From Phyllobates terribilis (Eukaryota): 64,000 bases of DNA. Shown one piece after another: positions 11,668 to 24,246 of this stretch. The notes below the pieces were generated by a model that ran no database searches, was not told where the DNA came from, and saw only the letters and a list, made by a program, of their open reading frames with translations. A program made the position numbers and the translations under genes. Numbering within the stretch: the first letter of the stretch is position 1; every line of letters starts with the position of its first letter. The stretch lies in contig NW_027362764.1 in the NCBI RefSeq assembly GCF_046119375.1, positions 124,372,001 to 124,436,000 of the forward strand. The letters are read 5' to 3'.

Positions 11668-13475
11668 CAACCGTGGTCTGTATGGAGTTGTTCAATAAAG
11701 GGCCCAAAATTAAGATAACATAGATGGGAGAGGTCTCTATGAATAGGAATTCCTAAGTATTTGATACCCTGTGAGGGCCAGGCAAAGGGAAAGTTGGACT
11801 GGATGGAATCCTATATGGATTTGGGGAGGGAGACATCGAGGGCCTCAGACTTCGCTGCATTGATTTTAAAATTTGACCATGTAACAAAGTGATCTATTTC
11901 AGCCATAACAGCATGGATGGATATATGTGATTGAGTGATATATACTAGGACATCATCAGCAAATAGAGAGCACTTGTACTCGGTGCCTCCCACCTCAATC
12001 CACCTAATATTGGGGTTATGGCGAATTGATGAGAGCAGGTGCTCCGTCACTAGGATGTATAAGAGAGGGGACAGAGAACATCCCTGCCTTGTCCCATTGG
12101 TGATTGTGAAAGGTGATGAAAATGTTCTGACGCGCCCCCTGGGCCTTGGGACACCCGGAGCCGGACCCTTTTTGGTGGATGCTGGTGGTTGTAGTCTCCG
12201 TGGCGGCATCCCGGTTCCGTGGCTCAGGGCGGTCAAACCAGTGGCGGAACTATTTATGTGGTTTTGATGTTTAAATGTCCGACTACGCCTCCCGTGGATT
12301 GCGGTCAGAGTGAACCGCCGCTCCAGTGCAGACCGCTGAGGCTGGTGTTGTGGGTGCAGCAGAGCGTAGCATAACTCCCCACGGGAGGAGTATAGCCTCA
12401 GGGCAGTGTATGCGGAGGATGGGGGTGATGGTGCAGGGCAGCAGCAGTAATGACACGGAGTCAGTGATGCAGTCCAGCGCCTTTACTCACAGTTCTTATT
12501 ATCCAGACCACGTCTGCAGGTAACGGCTGCCCACGTCGTACTGTGCTCACCAGGTGAGGGGCTCAGACAACTCCCAGATAACTTTGGAGTGCTTCACAGG
12601 ACCCCCTTTGTGTGTCCTTTGTCTGGCCTTTCTTACCAACCCTTCTGTCCGGCTGCCTCGGGCCTCCTCTTGGTAAACTTGGCGCCAGTTTCCCTGACCC
12701 TATGTGGTGCCTTCCTAGCGGGTGTAGCGAGGGGCTGCGCCACATAAAATGTCACAGCCTCCTGTTTCTAGCTGAGGGTCGTTTCCTGCCTCCACTAGTT
12801 TCGGGGACCGGTCTCCCCCTTTGGCCTGACCCCTCCACGCAGGTGGATTCGGGCGTGCGGTGGCGACTCGCCCGTCCACACCCCTGAGATCCCTTCGTTC
12901 CTCGTTCCTGGAGCCTTCTCCGCTCCTCTTCCTTCCTTTTCCCTCTTCCAGGCCTGGGCCTCTGTTACTAGGCCCGCCTCCGGAGCAGAGCTCATGCAGA
13001 GCCCCTGCTCCCTGCCACTTCTGCTCAGACTTCTCTGCACTGAACTAAGATGGTGCCCACCTTTTATACTCCCTTCTCAATGCACCCAGGAACTGCTTCC
13101 TCCCTGCTCCTGCACTACAGGGTTCCCCTTCCTCAGTGTTCCCTCCCCCCACTCCAGCCAGGGACAGGGACTGTCGTGCCCATCTCAGGGGCATATTGGT
13201 CGCCCTGCCCCACGGCAATGTGGTGTAATGCATGCAGGTGTCGGGTCCTGATCCACACTACATCCTTACCTGAGAGTGAGATATCACACCTCTGGGTGAG
13301 GTGCAATACCTCTGTAGCAACCGAGCCCTCAGGGTGCTACAGTTCCATTTATCTTCAGCCTAGGTGACGTATTGCGATACAGGGCCGTGATTTTGGCTAT
13401 AAAAGGGTCCCCTAGACCCCTACCCCAAGCTTTTTAAGAGAATCCTATATGGCGTGCCAGGAGACTCTATGGAAT
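11668..13475 (-). mobile_element. L1-clade LINE RT fragment, interrupted by a solo LTR
   Basis: The frame KITALYRNTSPRLKINGT|FSSPFTITNGTRQGCSLSPLLY...SLFADDVLV is continuous across the LTR insertion point. Confidence 0.8.
12128..13341 (-). mobile_element. Solo LTR (1214 bp), Gypsy-type
   Basis: Minus strand reads TGTAGCACCCTGAGGG...GGGGGCGCGTCA; 4-bp TSD GTTC on both sides; termini are shared with the LTRs at 45902, 49484 and 52867. Confidence 0.92.
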
Positions 13476-13605
13476 GCTTTCTCAACATCCAACGAGAGTA
13501 TCTAATTACAAATTTTTAACTGCATCTAGCCCAGGAAATACTTTGTGCCTAGTAGCAGTGTCTGCTAGTCAGCGGATTATCCCGGCTGTTAAGCAAGCTA
13601 CACCA

Positions 13606-13877
13606 CCTGTAGTTTGGACACTTAATTTTTTCAAAGGAAATGCTTCGGGACCACGGTATACTCAGTGAAGAGCATCAGGAGGCACCCCAAGGCATAGGGG
13701 CTGGGACTGGCAGTAGGATGCCTTGCGGTGGACAGCCGAGCTCGATCCTTATAAAAGCTTTTTAACTGCAGCAGCTTTAGTGGACGCTACTGGAGCTGGA
13801 ATTACGCGGCTGCTGGCATGAGACTTGCCCTCCAATAGATCCTTGTAAATGGATTTAAAGTGTATTCATTCAAATTA
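13606..13877 (-). pseudogene. 18S rRNA gene fragment (helix 18/530-loop region into V4) captured in the hAT 3' region
   Basis: Reverse complement reads GGAGGGCAAGTCTCATGCCAGCAGCCGCG-TAATTCCAGCTCCAGTAGCG...GCTGCAGTTAAAAAGC...GATGCTCTTCACTGAGT...TTTGAAAAAATTAAGTGT, colinear with vertebrate 18S as recalled from memory. Confidence 0.9.
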
Positions 13878-14383
13878 GAGAGACAATTTAAATTAAAAAG
13901 CTTAGAGCAGCCTCCACCACAGGGGGGCTCGCTCGACCCACCAGCGGACAGGCACCAGTATTGGGAGAGGGGGGCTGGCCGTCAGGGTTCACCGCGGCTC
14001 TGGCACAAACCCGGCGACGCGGAGGTGGCACGGGCAGGAGTGGACTGAACGTGTCGACTTCTCACTTTTTGGATTTTAGAAGGGCATGACATGCCTATAT
14101 CTGTGTCTCCCCCTCCTTTTACTCCTCCACCTCTTTTCTTTTCGCATGACTATATGTACTTGTCACTTTTCCATGTGTTAGTTGTGTCTTCTGAGCAGTT
14201 TGTCAGCTTTTGGACACCTTTGAAGGTGTTTTCTATGTGTTTCTATGTGTTTTTGTTTGCCTGCCATTGGTTTTAACGGTGTTCGAAGGTGTTCGACGAA
14301 CAGTTCGACGAACAGTTCGGCGAACACACGGGTGTTCGACGAACCGAACCGAACTCGAACACTACGGGGGTGGCTCAACACTA

Positions 14384-15734
14384 CTCTGCACTGAACTAAG
14401 ATGGTGCCCACCTTTTATACTCCCTTCTCAATGCACCCAGGAACTGCTTCCTCCCTGCTCCTGCACTACAGGGTTCCCCTTCCTCAGTGTTCCCTCCCCC
14501 CACTCCAGCCAGGGACAGGGACTGTCGTGCCCATCTCAGGGGCATATTGGTCACCCTGCCCCACGGCAATGTGGTGTAATGCATGCAGGTGTTGGGTCCT
14601 GATCCACACTCCATCCTTACCTGAGAGTGAGATATTACACCTCTGGGTGAGGTGCAATACCTCTGTAGCAACCGAGCCCTCAGGGTGCTACAGTTCCATT
14701 TATCTTCAGCCTAGGTGATGTATTGCGATACAGGGCAGTGATTTTGGCTATAAAAGGGTCCCCTAGACCCCTACCCCAAGCTTTTTAAGAGAATAATATA
14801 TGGCGTGCCAGGAGACTCTATGGAATGCTTTCTCAGCATCCAACGAGAGTATCTAATTACAAATTTTTAACTGCATCTAGCCCAGGAAATACTTTGTGCC
14901 TAGTAGCAGTGTCTGCTAGTCAGCGGATTATCCCGGCTGTTAAGCAAGCTACACCACCTGTAGTTTGGACACTTAATTTTTTCAAAGGAAATGCTTCGGG
15001 ACCACGGGATACTCAGTGAAGAGCATCAGGAGGCACCCCAAGGCATAGGGGCTGGGACTGGCGGTAGGATGCCTTGTGGTGGACAGCCGAGCTCGATCCT
15101 TATAAAAGCTTTTTAACTGCAGCAGCTTTAGTGGACGCTACTGGAGCTGGAATTACGCGGCTGCTGGCATGAGACTTGCCCTCCAATAGATCCTTGTAAA
15201 AGGATTTAAAGTGTATTCATTCAAATTAGAGAGACAATTTAAATTAAAAAGCTTAGAGTTGCCTCGATCACAGGGGGGCTCGCTCGACCCACCAGCGGAC
15301 AGGCACCAGTATTGGGAGAGGGGGGCTGGCCGTCAGGGTCCACTGCGGCTCTGGCACAAACCCGGCGACACGGAGGTGGCATGGGCAGGAACGGACTGGC
15401 CGTGTCGGCGTCTCACTTTTTGGATTTTAGAAGGGCATGACATGCCTATATCTGTGTCTCCCCCTCCTTTTACTCCTCCACCTCTTTTCTTTTCGCATGA
15501 CTATATGTACTTGTCACTTTTCCATGTCTTAGTTATGTCTTCTGAGCAGTTTGTCAGCTTTTGGACACCTTTGAAGGTGTTTTCTATGTGTTTCTATGTG
15601 TTTTTGTTTGCCTTCCATTGGTTTTAACGGTGTTTGAAGGTGTTCGACGAACAGTTCGACGAACAGTTCGGCGAACACACGGGTGTTCGACGAACCGAAC
15701 CGAACTCGAACACTACGGGGGTGGCTCAACACTA
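14384..15734 (+). mobile_element. 3' module of an outer, sibling composite hAT copy (LTR remainder, L1 remainder, 18S fragment, right TIR)
   Basis: 1351-bp near-duplicate of 13033-14383; ends GCTCAACACTA followed by CTTACAAT. Confidence 0.92.
14957..15228 (-). pseudogene. Second copy of the 18S rRNA fragment
   Basis: Duplicate of 13606-13877 at offset 1351. Confidence 0.9.
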
Positions 15735-17479
15735 CTTACAATAGGCACTTAAACAGAATTTAGCAGGGATAAGGGTTGCTTACTTTACCATAGCACTGTA
15801 TTTATAGATAGATTTCAGCTGAATTGCTAACTTGGCACTATGGGCCTGATTCGTTATTGCATTTGCACCATTTTTGGTTTACTTTTTGGTGAATTCTGCC
15901 TATTTCTCATTTGTGTCTGATATTTTTTTAATTGGTGCCTTTTTTAAAGTTTATTTTATAAGCTTTCATCTGGGTTTTTTTTTTTTTTTGCCATTCTGGG
16001 CCGGCTTTTTGTTTTCCAGATTTTTGGGCTCATTCATCAATTGAAGCCTTTTAAAAAGTCACAGAATTTGGCGCAAACGTACACAAATGTACTCCAGTTC
16101 CTTCCTTCCTCTTCCCTTTGTTGTACGCCAGTCATTCCGGAGTCATTTTAACAAAATGTGCAATCTTTTGTTCTAAGAAGTCACAAAACAGGTCAAAAAC
16201 ATAATGAGCATTTTTGTTTTCGTGCAAAATTTCTAAACCACATTTCCCAATTTGAAGAATTTGTCACAAAAAAACATCAATGAAAACCACAAGACTAAAT
16301 TGGAGAAGTGACTTAAAAAAAAAAGATTAATCGGGCCCTTTGTGTTATCTGTGTTTTTATAAATGATTGCAAACAAACAAACTTACTTTGTCTTGTTTGG
16401 AAATTTGACCCTGCCACATCTATTTGCAGAGCTCTGTAGCACAAGAGTTCATTTATGTCTAACATCACAGCAGAGTATAGAGCTTTTATAAGACCAAGGC
16501 TGAATCTTTACAAAGCGTGCGGCGTCTAATGCATCTGTGGCCTGACTGTTATGTAAAGAACACTCCTATCTAAGGAGCAGCCAATGGGAGATGGGCATCT
16601 GTCCAAGGTACTGCAGAATCAAGGCTAGATTGGGAACAGCCATTCAGCTACTCTGTGATTTTAGATGATTCTACTGAGAGTAATGTATGTACATAACAGA
16701 AGCTTAATATTTAGTCATTGTATTTATAGAATTACATTTTATGAACAAGTATGAAACAATCTGGCTACATTCCACATATTTCATACTGAATAAAGGTAAC
16801 CGAAAAAAATAAAATTGCATATGCATACGATTTAAATAGTAACTAAACTTTTTTTATTTAGTTATCCCAAAGGCATTGATTGTTAAGCTGTGAATTTTTT
16901 TGTGATACTTTATTTTGTTTTCTTCCCTCCCAAACACTATGGTGTAGTGCTTTTTAAATGCCCAGTGTGCTCCTTTAGAATCTACTTTCAACTGTTGCTT
17001 GGCAAGATCTGTACACTATATTTATTATCTCGTATATTCAGTGTATGGGAATATTCCTGAATATAGGGGTTGAGATCAAAGAGGCTCAAACAGGGAAATT
17101 TCTATACAGACTGTTTAAAAGCAATCTGTCAGTAGGATCCATCCTCCTAAGACGTCTATATGGCCACCTAGGTCATAGAAAGTTGAATAAAATGATACCT
17201 TGATATCTGCAATCCAATGTTTTATTCCAGAGAAATCCATGTTTCTCTTATATGTAAATGAGTTCAGGACTATAAGCCAGACACTCATCTGCATGAGAAT
17301 CTGCCTCCAGAGCTTATTTTAAATGAAAGGGGGAGTTACCAGTGTGAGGCAGTAGAACTGAACTTTGTCGCATCAGAAACACCTTAGCAGCTGTGGCTCT
17401 CACAGCTCTGCTGTATTGTACTGTCTGCCTGTGAGATGGAAGCTGAAGCACTGAGAGGAACGTGCAAATGTTTCAATTG

Positions 17480-17695
17480 GGCTACGGCCCCACTATCAGT
17501 ATTTGGTCAGTATTCGGTCAGTATTTTTTTCTCAGGAGTGGGAGCCGAAACCAGGTGAGGAACAATCAGATAAAAGGTATAATAGAAACAAGTGCACTAA
17601 GTCTACATTTATCACCCACTCCTGGTCTTGGCTCCCACTCCTGAGAAAAAATAATGACCGAATACTGCCCAAATACTGATAGTGGGGCTATGGCC
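17480..17695. mobile_element. Palindromic MITE
   Basis: ~65-bp inverted arms GCCCCACTATCAGTATTTGG...CAGGAGTGGGAGCC and GGCTCCCACTCCTGAG...CCAAATACTGATAGTGGGGC. Confidence 0.7.
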
Positions 17696-18556
17696 TTATA
17701 ATCGCACCCAGCTCTGCAGTGAGATCAGGAGAGCAGAGAGCGGCCATTACACATCACACTGGTAACGCCCCATTTAATGTATAATAAGCTCTTCGGACAG
17801 ATGCTCATTCAGATCACTGTCCGGTCCATAGTCCTGAACAGTTCATTTACACATAAGAAAAACACGGACTTCTCTTTGTAATTTATCCTATCAGAGAAAT
17901 CTGTTTCTTTCTCCTCCTCCACTAAAATATCACTCGTAATTCTTGGGTTAAATCTGTATTTCAGTTAATTTTCCCATTACTGAGATGACAGTTGTTGTTT
18001 TTAAAATTCTATGGAGAGGGGAGGAGATATAGGCAGACACAGACATTCTGCTGCAAGTTCTCCTAATATGAAAGTTATATTTCTCCATAGAACTTTATGA
18101 GCACCAACCGTTATCTCAGTAATAGGAAAGTCTGTATTCACCGAAGACAGATTTTACTTATTAATTAAGAATCTTGAGAATAAATGATCAGTTCAGAAAG
18201 AGAAAGAAGCAGATTTTTCTAAAGTTTTTTATTTTACATGTACTATTGATTTATGACCGAACATGTAAACGACAGTCACTCTTTAAATTTTCACAACATA
18301 TTTATTCCATTAAATAGGTTATCATGCTCCACTCACTTCTGCATCAGAAGTGAGAGGTACCGATAATGTTACAACCCCACACACCAGTCGAGACACGTCC
18401 ATATGACCTGTTTATTAGAATAGGACATTTGCATGATATCTGTAGATCATGCCCTTATCTTCTCATGGGTGTGGGGTTGTAATGTCATTGGCGCCTCTCA
18501 TCTCATATGTGGAAGGGTGTGCATCTGACAACCCCTTTAAATGTTTTTTTTCGTAG

Positions 18557-18655
18557 TAATCACTTATGTCACCATGAGCCCAGGAGGTAAGGGGGCCACT
18601 TCTACCTCCAAAGCAGGTGGAAATGTGCATTATGATGTGCTGTTGGACTGCAAAG
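18557..18655 (+). CDS. Candidate 99-bp phase 1-1 coding exon of an unidentified host gene (xITYVTMSPGGKGATSTSKAGGNVHYDVLLDCK)
   Basis: Acceptor TTTTTTTTCGTAG, donor AAG|GTAAAA, open frame, length divisible by 3; protein not recognised. Confidence 0.35.
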
Positions 18656-18922
18656 GTAAAATTATATCGGTGACCTCTCAGCAACTAAAGTTCTCTCTCA
18701 CATTAGATTATTTTAAAGGGGTTGTCTAGCTTTAGACTACAAGACTATTTTTGGGGTTGTCTGTTTTTATTCCAGCTCATTTCTTTGGTTTAACTGTAGT
18801 TTATTGAGCTTTGCATAAACAGGAGTGTGAAGAATATTGGAGGTATAATTCTATGTCAATCATTTGTATCCTATTTGGCTTTGGGATTATAAAAACCCCT
18901 TCAGTGTGAATCTGTAGCCTAA

Positions 18923-19403
18923 AGCCCCCGTCACACTAAGCGAGATCGCTAGTGAGATCGCTGCTGAGTCACAAGTTTTGTGACGCAACAGCGACCTCAG
19001 TAGCGATCTCGCTACGTTTGACACTTAGCAGTGACCAGGCCCCTGCTGTGAGATCGCTGGTCGTGTCGGAATGGTCTGGACATTTCTTTGATCGTTGAGG
19101 CCCCGCTGGGTAGCGTGTATCGGTGTGTTTGACACCTTACCAACGACCTCGTTGGCGACTCAGAACTGAGAAGTCGTCCCTCATCGAGGTCTGAATCTTC
19201 AGAGTAGCTGCTATGTGACAGGGTCCCAACGAACGCCGACATCGTTATACAGGTCGCTACGGGTCGCCGTATCGTTGCTATATCGTTGGGAAGATCTGAC
19301 TGTTTGACATCTCACCAGCGACCACATAGCGACGCAGCAACGATCCCTGCCAGGTTGTATCGTTGTCAGGATCGCTGTAGCGTCCCTAAGTGTGATGGTA
19401 CCT
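18923..19403. mobile_element. Harbinger-like MITE with internal inverted repeats
   Basis: Termini AGCCCCCGTCACAC and GTGTGATGGTACCT flanked by TAA; multiple internal GCGATCTCGC/AGCGAC palindromic motifs. Confidence 0.65.
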
Positions 19404-20300
19404 TAACAGCTAGCAGCAACAGTGGGGGTCAAGAGTCAAAAGGCTGTGAGTGACAGATCTCACACCTTGAACAGCTCAGCTCAGAACAAAAGGCTTGTTT
19501 GCATGTGGCCATCATGAGGTCTAAATTGCTTTGCTTAGTCAGCTATGATTTTATAAGGAGAATGTGGATTTATCATACATCCTTGATGTACATTGTTTAA
19601 ATTTCAGAGATCCCCAGAAAATGGCAAACGCCCGCCTAGCCCATAGGGATATGGAGATACATAAAAACAGCTAGTAGCAGCCAGATAGCAAAGCTGTGTT
19701 TGGTCTTAACGTGTAGCAGGGGCCCAGCTGGTTCCGATGGCTCCAAAACCGCCTCCTTAGGACCGTCCATTAAGGAGTTATGACCCATCTGGAATTTTGG
19801 AGTTTTTAGCTTCCATAGGCATGGGTAGGAGACTTAGGTTCACCCCCTAGGGCAGGAGCGGAGTGACCCAAAAGTGGATAAAAGCTAGTGTAAGGCCATG
19901 TGTGTTCTCTCTGTCTCTGTCATGCTTGCTGTTCACTTTGAATGGGGGGGGGGGGCATGTCGAGTAACGTGCTGTGAAGGAACTAGGAGCCAGCTGGGGT
20001 AGTCCAGGCCCTCATTCGGCCCAGCGCACTCATGGTCGAACATCACACTGGTAATTGACATGATCCATCTGCTTATATCTATCACTATTTGTATTTGCAT
20101 ATCTGACTATTGTATATATATAACCATCGTGTATATAGTGCATTGTCTAGTGTGCCTTTAGGGCGATTAAATATATAATTTAACCTTGGGCTGCTCTTTT
20201 GTCTCGATCCATGAATCCACACGTTCATTGCTCGGTTTACCTTTCTATGCTACCGGGGCTGATTTATAGCCCGATATAACCCTGTTAAGGGACCAGGCGT

Positions 20301-21830
20301 ATATTATTATTATTATTAGCTATTATTATAGCGCCATTTATTCCATGGCGCCTTTTATGTGAAAAAGGTGGTATACATAGCAGAAACACTTACAATAATC
20401 TTAACAAAAAAAGTCAGCGACTGGTACAGGAGGAGAGAGGACCCTGCCCGTGAGGGCTCACAATCTACGAGGAATGGGTGAGGATACAGTAGGTGGGGGG
20501 TAGAGCTGGTCATGCAGCAATGTTGTGGAGTGGTGGTTACTGCAGATTGTAGGCTTGTCGGAAGAGGTAAGTCTTCAGGTTTCTTTTGAAGGTTTCCACA
20601 GTAAGCGAGAGTCTGATATGTTGGGGTAGAGAGTTCCAGAGTAGGGGGGATACACGGGAGAAATCTTGTATGCGATTGTGGGAAGAGGAGATAGGAAGGG
20701 AGTAGAGCAGGAGATCTTGTGATGATCGAAGGTTGCGTGCAGGTAAGTAACGGGAGATTAGGTCACAGATGTATGGAGGAGACAGGTTGTGCATGGCTTT
20801 GTATGCCAGGGTTAGGGTTTTGAACTGGATTCTCTGAGCACACAGAGGGAAGAGGCCGGGGAATAGCGGGGGGACAGGTGGATTAGTCAGGCAGCAGAGT
20901 TTAGGATAGATTGGAGGGGCACGAGAGTGTTGGAAGGGAGGCCACAGAGCAGGAGGTTGCAGTAGTCGATCCGGGAGATGATGAGGGCATGCACTAGTGT
21001 TTTTGCAGAGTCTATGCTGAGGAATGCGCGGATGCGAGAGTTGGAGTCGGCAGGAAGTGGAAAGTACTTGGATATGTGGTTTGAAAGAGAGATCAGAGTC
21101 CATGGTTACCCCGAGGCAGTGAGCTTGCGGGACTAGGGAGAGTGGGCAGCCATTGACGTTGATGGATAGGTCAGATGTGGGGGATGAATGGGAAGGTGGA
21201 AAGATGGCGAATTCTGTTTTATCCATGTTAAGGTTTAGAAATCTGGTGGAGAAAAAGGATGAGATAGCAGACAGACATTGTGGGATTTTGGTTAGTAGGG
21301 AGGAGATATCGGATCCAGAGAGCTAGATCTGTGTGTCATCATCGTAGAGGTGATACTGAAAGCCGTGAGACTCTATGAGCTGTCCCAGGCCAAAGGTGTA
21401 GATGGAGAAGAGAAAAGTTCCTTGAACTGAACCTTGGGGGACACCGACAGATAGGGGGTGAGATGAGGAGGTGGTGTGTGAGTGGGAGACGCTCAATGTC
21501 CTGTCTGTTAGGTATGAGGATATCCAAGATAGGGCCAAGTCCGTGATACCAAGAGATGAGAGAGTCTGTAGTAAGAGGGAATGGTCGACTGTGTTGAAGG
21601 CAGATGACAGGTCCAGGAGGAGGAGGATGGAGTAGTGTCTCTTGGATTTGGCTGTTAGTAGGCCATTGGTGACTTTGGTCAGGGCAGTTTCAGTCGAGTG
21701 ATGCGGTCGGAAGCCAGATTGTAAGCGGTCGAAGAGGGAACATGAGGAGAGGTGGGAGGACAGTTCAAAGTGGACATGTTGTTCCAATAGTTTTGAGGCA
21801 TAGGAGAGAAGTGATATGGGGAAGTATATC
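20301..21830 (-). mobile_element. 5'-truncated L2 LINE (RT C-terminal half plus 3' tail)
   Basis: [43 protein letters not shown]; downstream frame LPQHIRLS...FKRNLKTYLF; (ATA)n tail at ~20301-20330. Confidence 0.9.
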
Positions 21831-22574
21831 GAACAAGGAACTGGTGGCAGTCCTACCGGGTTGATAAGGTTCTGTTTCACTGGGGTTAGTGAAAGGGACC
21901 TCTCAGCCAGTCAGAGGTGTGAGCGAGTGTGGTGCCACGTCAGTCACTTTGTGGGCCACCTCCTCTCCCTGTGCCTTCCCGGGTCCATATGGACAGGGGG
22001 TTTCTGTGCAAAACCGTACCAATCTGACCTTGCCTGTCCCCAGGGGTGAGGAATGTGACGTTGGTGAAAGTGGGTAGCCCGCATTACGTGATTCATCTGA
22101 CATAATAGTGACGTCAGGCGGGGTGACGAGGTGCAGATCCATCACATGTGGTGGCAGTGGTTGGATACTGTGTAATCTCTCAGGTGCCATCCATCACACG
22201 GAGCATGGCTCCCTCCTTTTGAGCTAGGCATTTCATCTATATAGCTTTACATGGGCAGGTGTCTAAACAGTAGGGCTTGTATCCGGCTCTGTCCTTATAT
22301 ATATTGAGGTTGGTTTATTTACTTACTACAGGGTATATGCTCATTTTGTTTTTTTTTGTTTTTTTTTTCTAGCTGGAATGTGGCTAGAAGTATGTAAATT
22401 GCATACTTGCAATCACCTTACCTCCCCCTCCCAGCGTCGGCACCGGAAAATACTAACAGCAAGAATTGCGCGTGATGTGAGGATTCACAAGTCTGCAGTT
22501 TAATAGAGTGCCTGCAGACTTGTAACCTAAGGCCGAACAACCCTTTTAAGGTTCATGGGTCCAACATTAGAAGG

Positions 22575-23430
22575 ACACCGATCAAAAATGATGAGCATGG
22601 AAGGATTGCAAGGAGAAATACTCTACTGTCCAAAAAGAATATTGCTGCTGTCTATAGTTTGATAAAGGTCACCTGGAAAAAAGACTATTGGAACAATGTA
22701 TTGTAGACGGATGAGACCAAAATAAAGATTTTTGTGGTTTATATGAGAAGTGTTATATTTGTAGAAAGAAAAATACTGCGTTACAGCATAAAACCTCATA
22801 TCATCTGTGAGACACAGCGGTGGTAGGGTCATGGTTTGGGCATGTTTGCTGCATCTGGGACAAGACAACTGCTATCATTAATGGACCAATTAATGCTGAA
22901 TTTTATTAGAAAATTCTAAAGAAAAATGTCAGGATATCTGTCCATGAGCTGAATCTCAATAAAACTTGGGTCATGCAGCAAAAAAACGAGCCAAAGCACA
23001 CAAGTCATTCTAGAAAAGAATGGTTAAAGAAGAAGAAAGGTAAAATTTTGGAAGGGCCAAGTCAAAGTCCTAACATTGATCGTATAGAAATGTTGCTGAA
23101 GGCCCTGAAGCGAGCAGTTCATGAGAGAAAACTCACCAACATAATGGAGTAGAAGCTGCTTTCTTGGGAGGAATGGGGTAAAATTCTTCCAAGCCGATGT
23201 TCAAGACTGATCAACAATTACTGTAAACACTTAGATGCAGTTATTGCTGCACCATATAGTCACATCAGATACTGAAATTGGATCATTTTCGTTAATTATA
23301 AAAATGAAAAATTCTATTATTTTTCACCCATTTATTTGAGCTAATTCTATTTCACTCCTTTTAGAAATTGTGTGAAAATTTGATGTAGTCTTATGTCATA
23401 ATTATGCAGTATAATTCTATATGGCTCATA
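22575..23430 (+). mobile_element. Highly degenerate Tc1 (DD34E-type) transposase relic
   Basis: Broken-frame matches to YWNNVLxTDETK, HGGGRVMVWACFAASG, WVMQQxNxPKHTS and EGPSQSPNID. Confidence 0.8.
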
Positions 23431-23839
23431 AACTTTCAAGCCTCACTGTTCTTTACACTGGTGAGAGCTTCTTTTTTTTTTACTCAAACACGGCTCCATA
23501 ATCCCCACTTTTCCTCATAAAGCCATATTATTATACTAAGACATTCTAACCGCCTGCAACCACCACCTGAATGTTATATCGCTGCCATTTGGCTCAATGA
23601 TAAATCCATCAGTAACCTTCTAACCAGGCTCTCGTGGCTGCAGGTAGTCAGAATTGTAAAGTACACTCAAACAAAGGACAAGTTTGGCATGTACATAGGA
23701 TAGTCCATAAATGTCATATCCATAATATATTCCATAAAAGTTTGATACACTGGGTGATTTGGGTGCTTTCTGCATATGATTTATACATTGCGTACGACAA
23801 GAGTAAAACATTGCATAGCAAGGCAAAGCACAACTGGCA

Positions 23840-23931
23840 TCAGTAGAGTAGCGCCAAACAAGGAAGCCTTCTCTGCAGTAACAGCACAGCGAGCAGGAGA
23901 AAAGTGCTGCTGGAGTATAATGAATAATAGG
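23840..23931 (-). other. Candidate terminal coding exon of an unidentified minus-strand gene
   Basis: Strong acceptor TTCTTCTTACTTTTGTGCCTTTTTGTAG; one frame gives a hydrophobic C-terminus YYSLYSSSTFLLLAVLLLQRRLPCLALLY*. Confidence 0.25.
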
Positions 23932-24246
23932 CTACAAAAAGGCACAAAAGTAAGAAGAATGAAGACCTACAACCTAACATTAATATTTTATACGTCAGTT
24001 TTTCACATTCGAGTGATATCTGTATTTCTCATGGGAAACACTCGTACCTAAGACAGTCTATGGGGCTTTTCACCTTTCTGTGATTTCTGGCAGCCCGTGT
24101 GGTCTGGGCAAAATAGTTTAGACATGTCCGATATTGATCCAAGTGTCAGATCAAACTCGGCAATGAAAGTCTATGGTTCGGTGAAAAAATTGGACAGATA
24201 GGAGAAACTGGAGAAACTTTTTTGTTTTCTCATTAGTGAAAAAAAA

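Larger units (their letters stand above)
1304..14383 (+). mobile_element. Full-length composite hAT DNA transposon (~13.1 kb)
   Basis: Termini TAGAGATGAGC and GCTCAACACTA form imperfect TIRs; 8-bp TSD CTCTGCAC at 1296-1303 and 14384-14391; subterminal GTTCG/CGAAC motif clusters at both ends; internal hAT transposase. Confidence 0.92.

Noticed and set aside
13606-13877. Functional rRNA gene or contaminant rDNA
   Set aside because: It is only ~270 bp, has substitutions and an indel in the universally conserved loop, and is embedded in transposon sequence in both copies.
16387-16504. Minus-strand candidate exon ending at a GTAAGT donor (LGLIKALYSAVMLDINELLCYRALQIDVAGSNFQTRQ)
   Set aside because: The acceptor is weak and the peptide is not recognised, so support is insufficient.
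19711-20300. LTR-like segment with a TATA motif next to the L2 tail
   Set aside because: Only one plausible terminus, and no TSD or partner LTR in the window.
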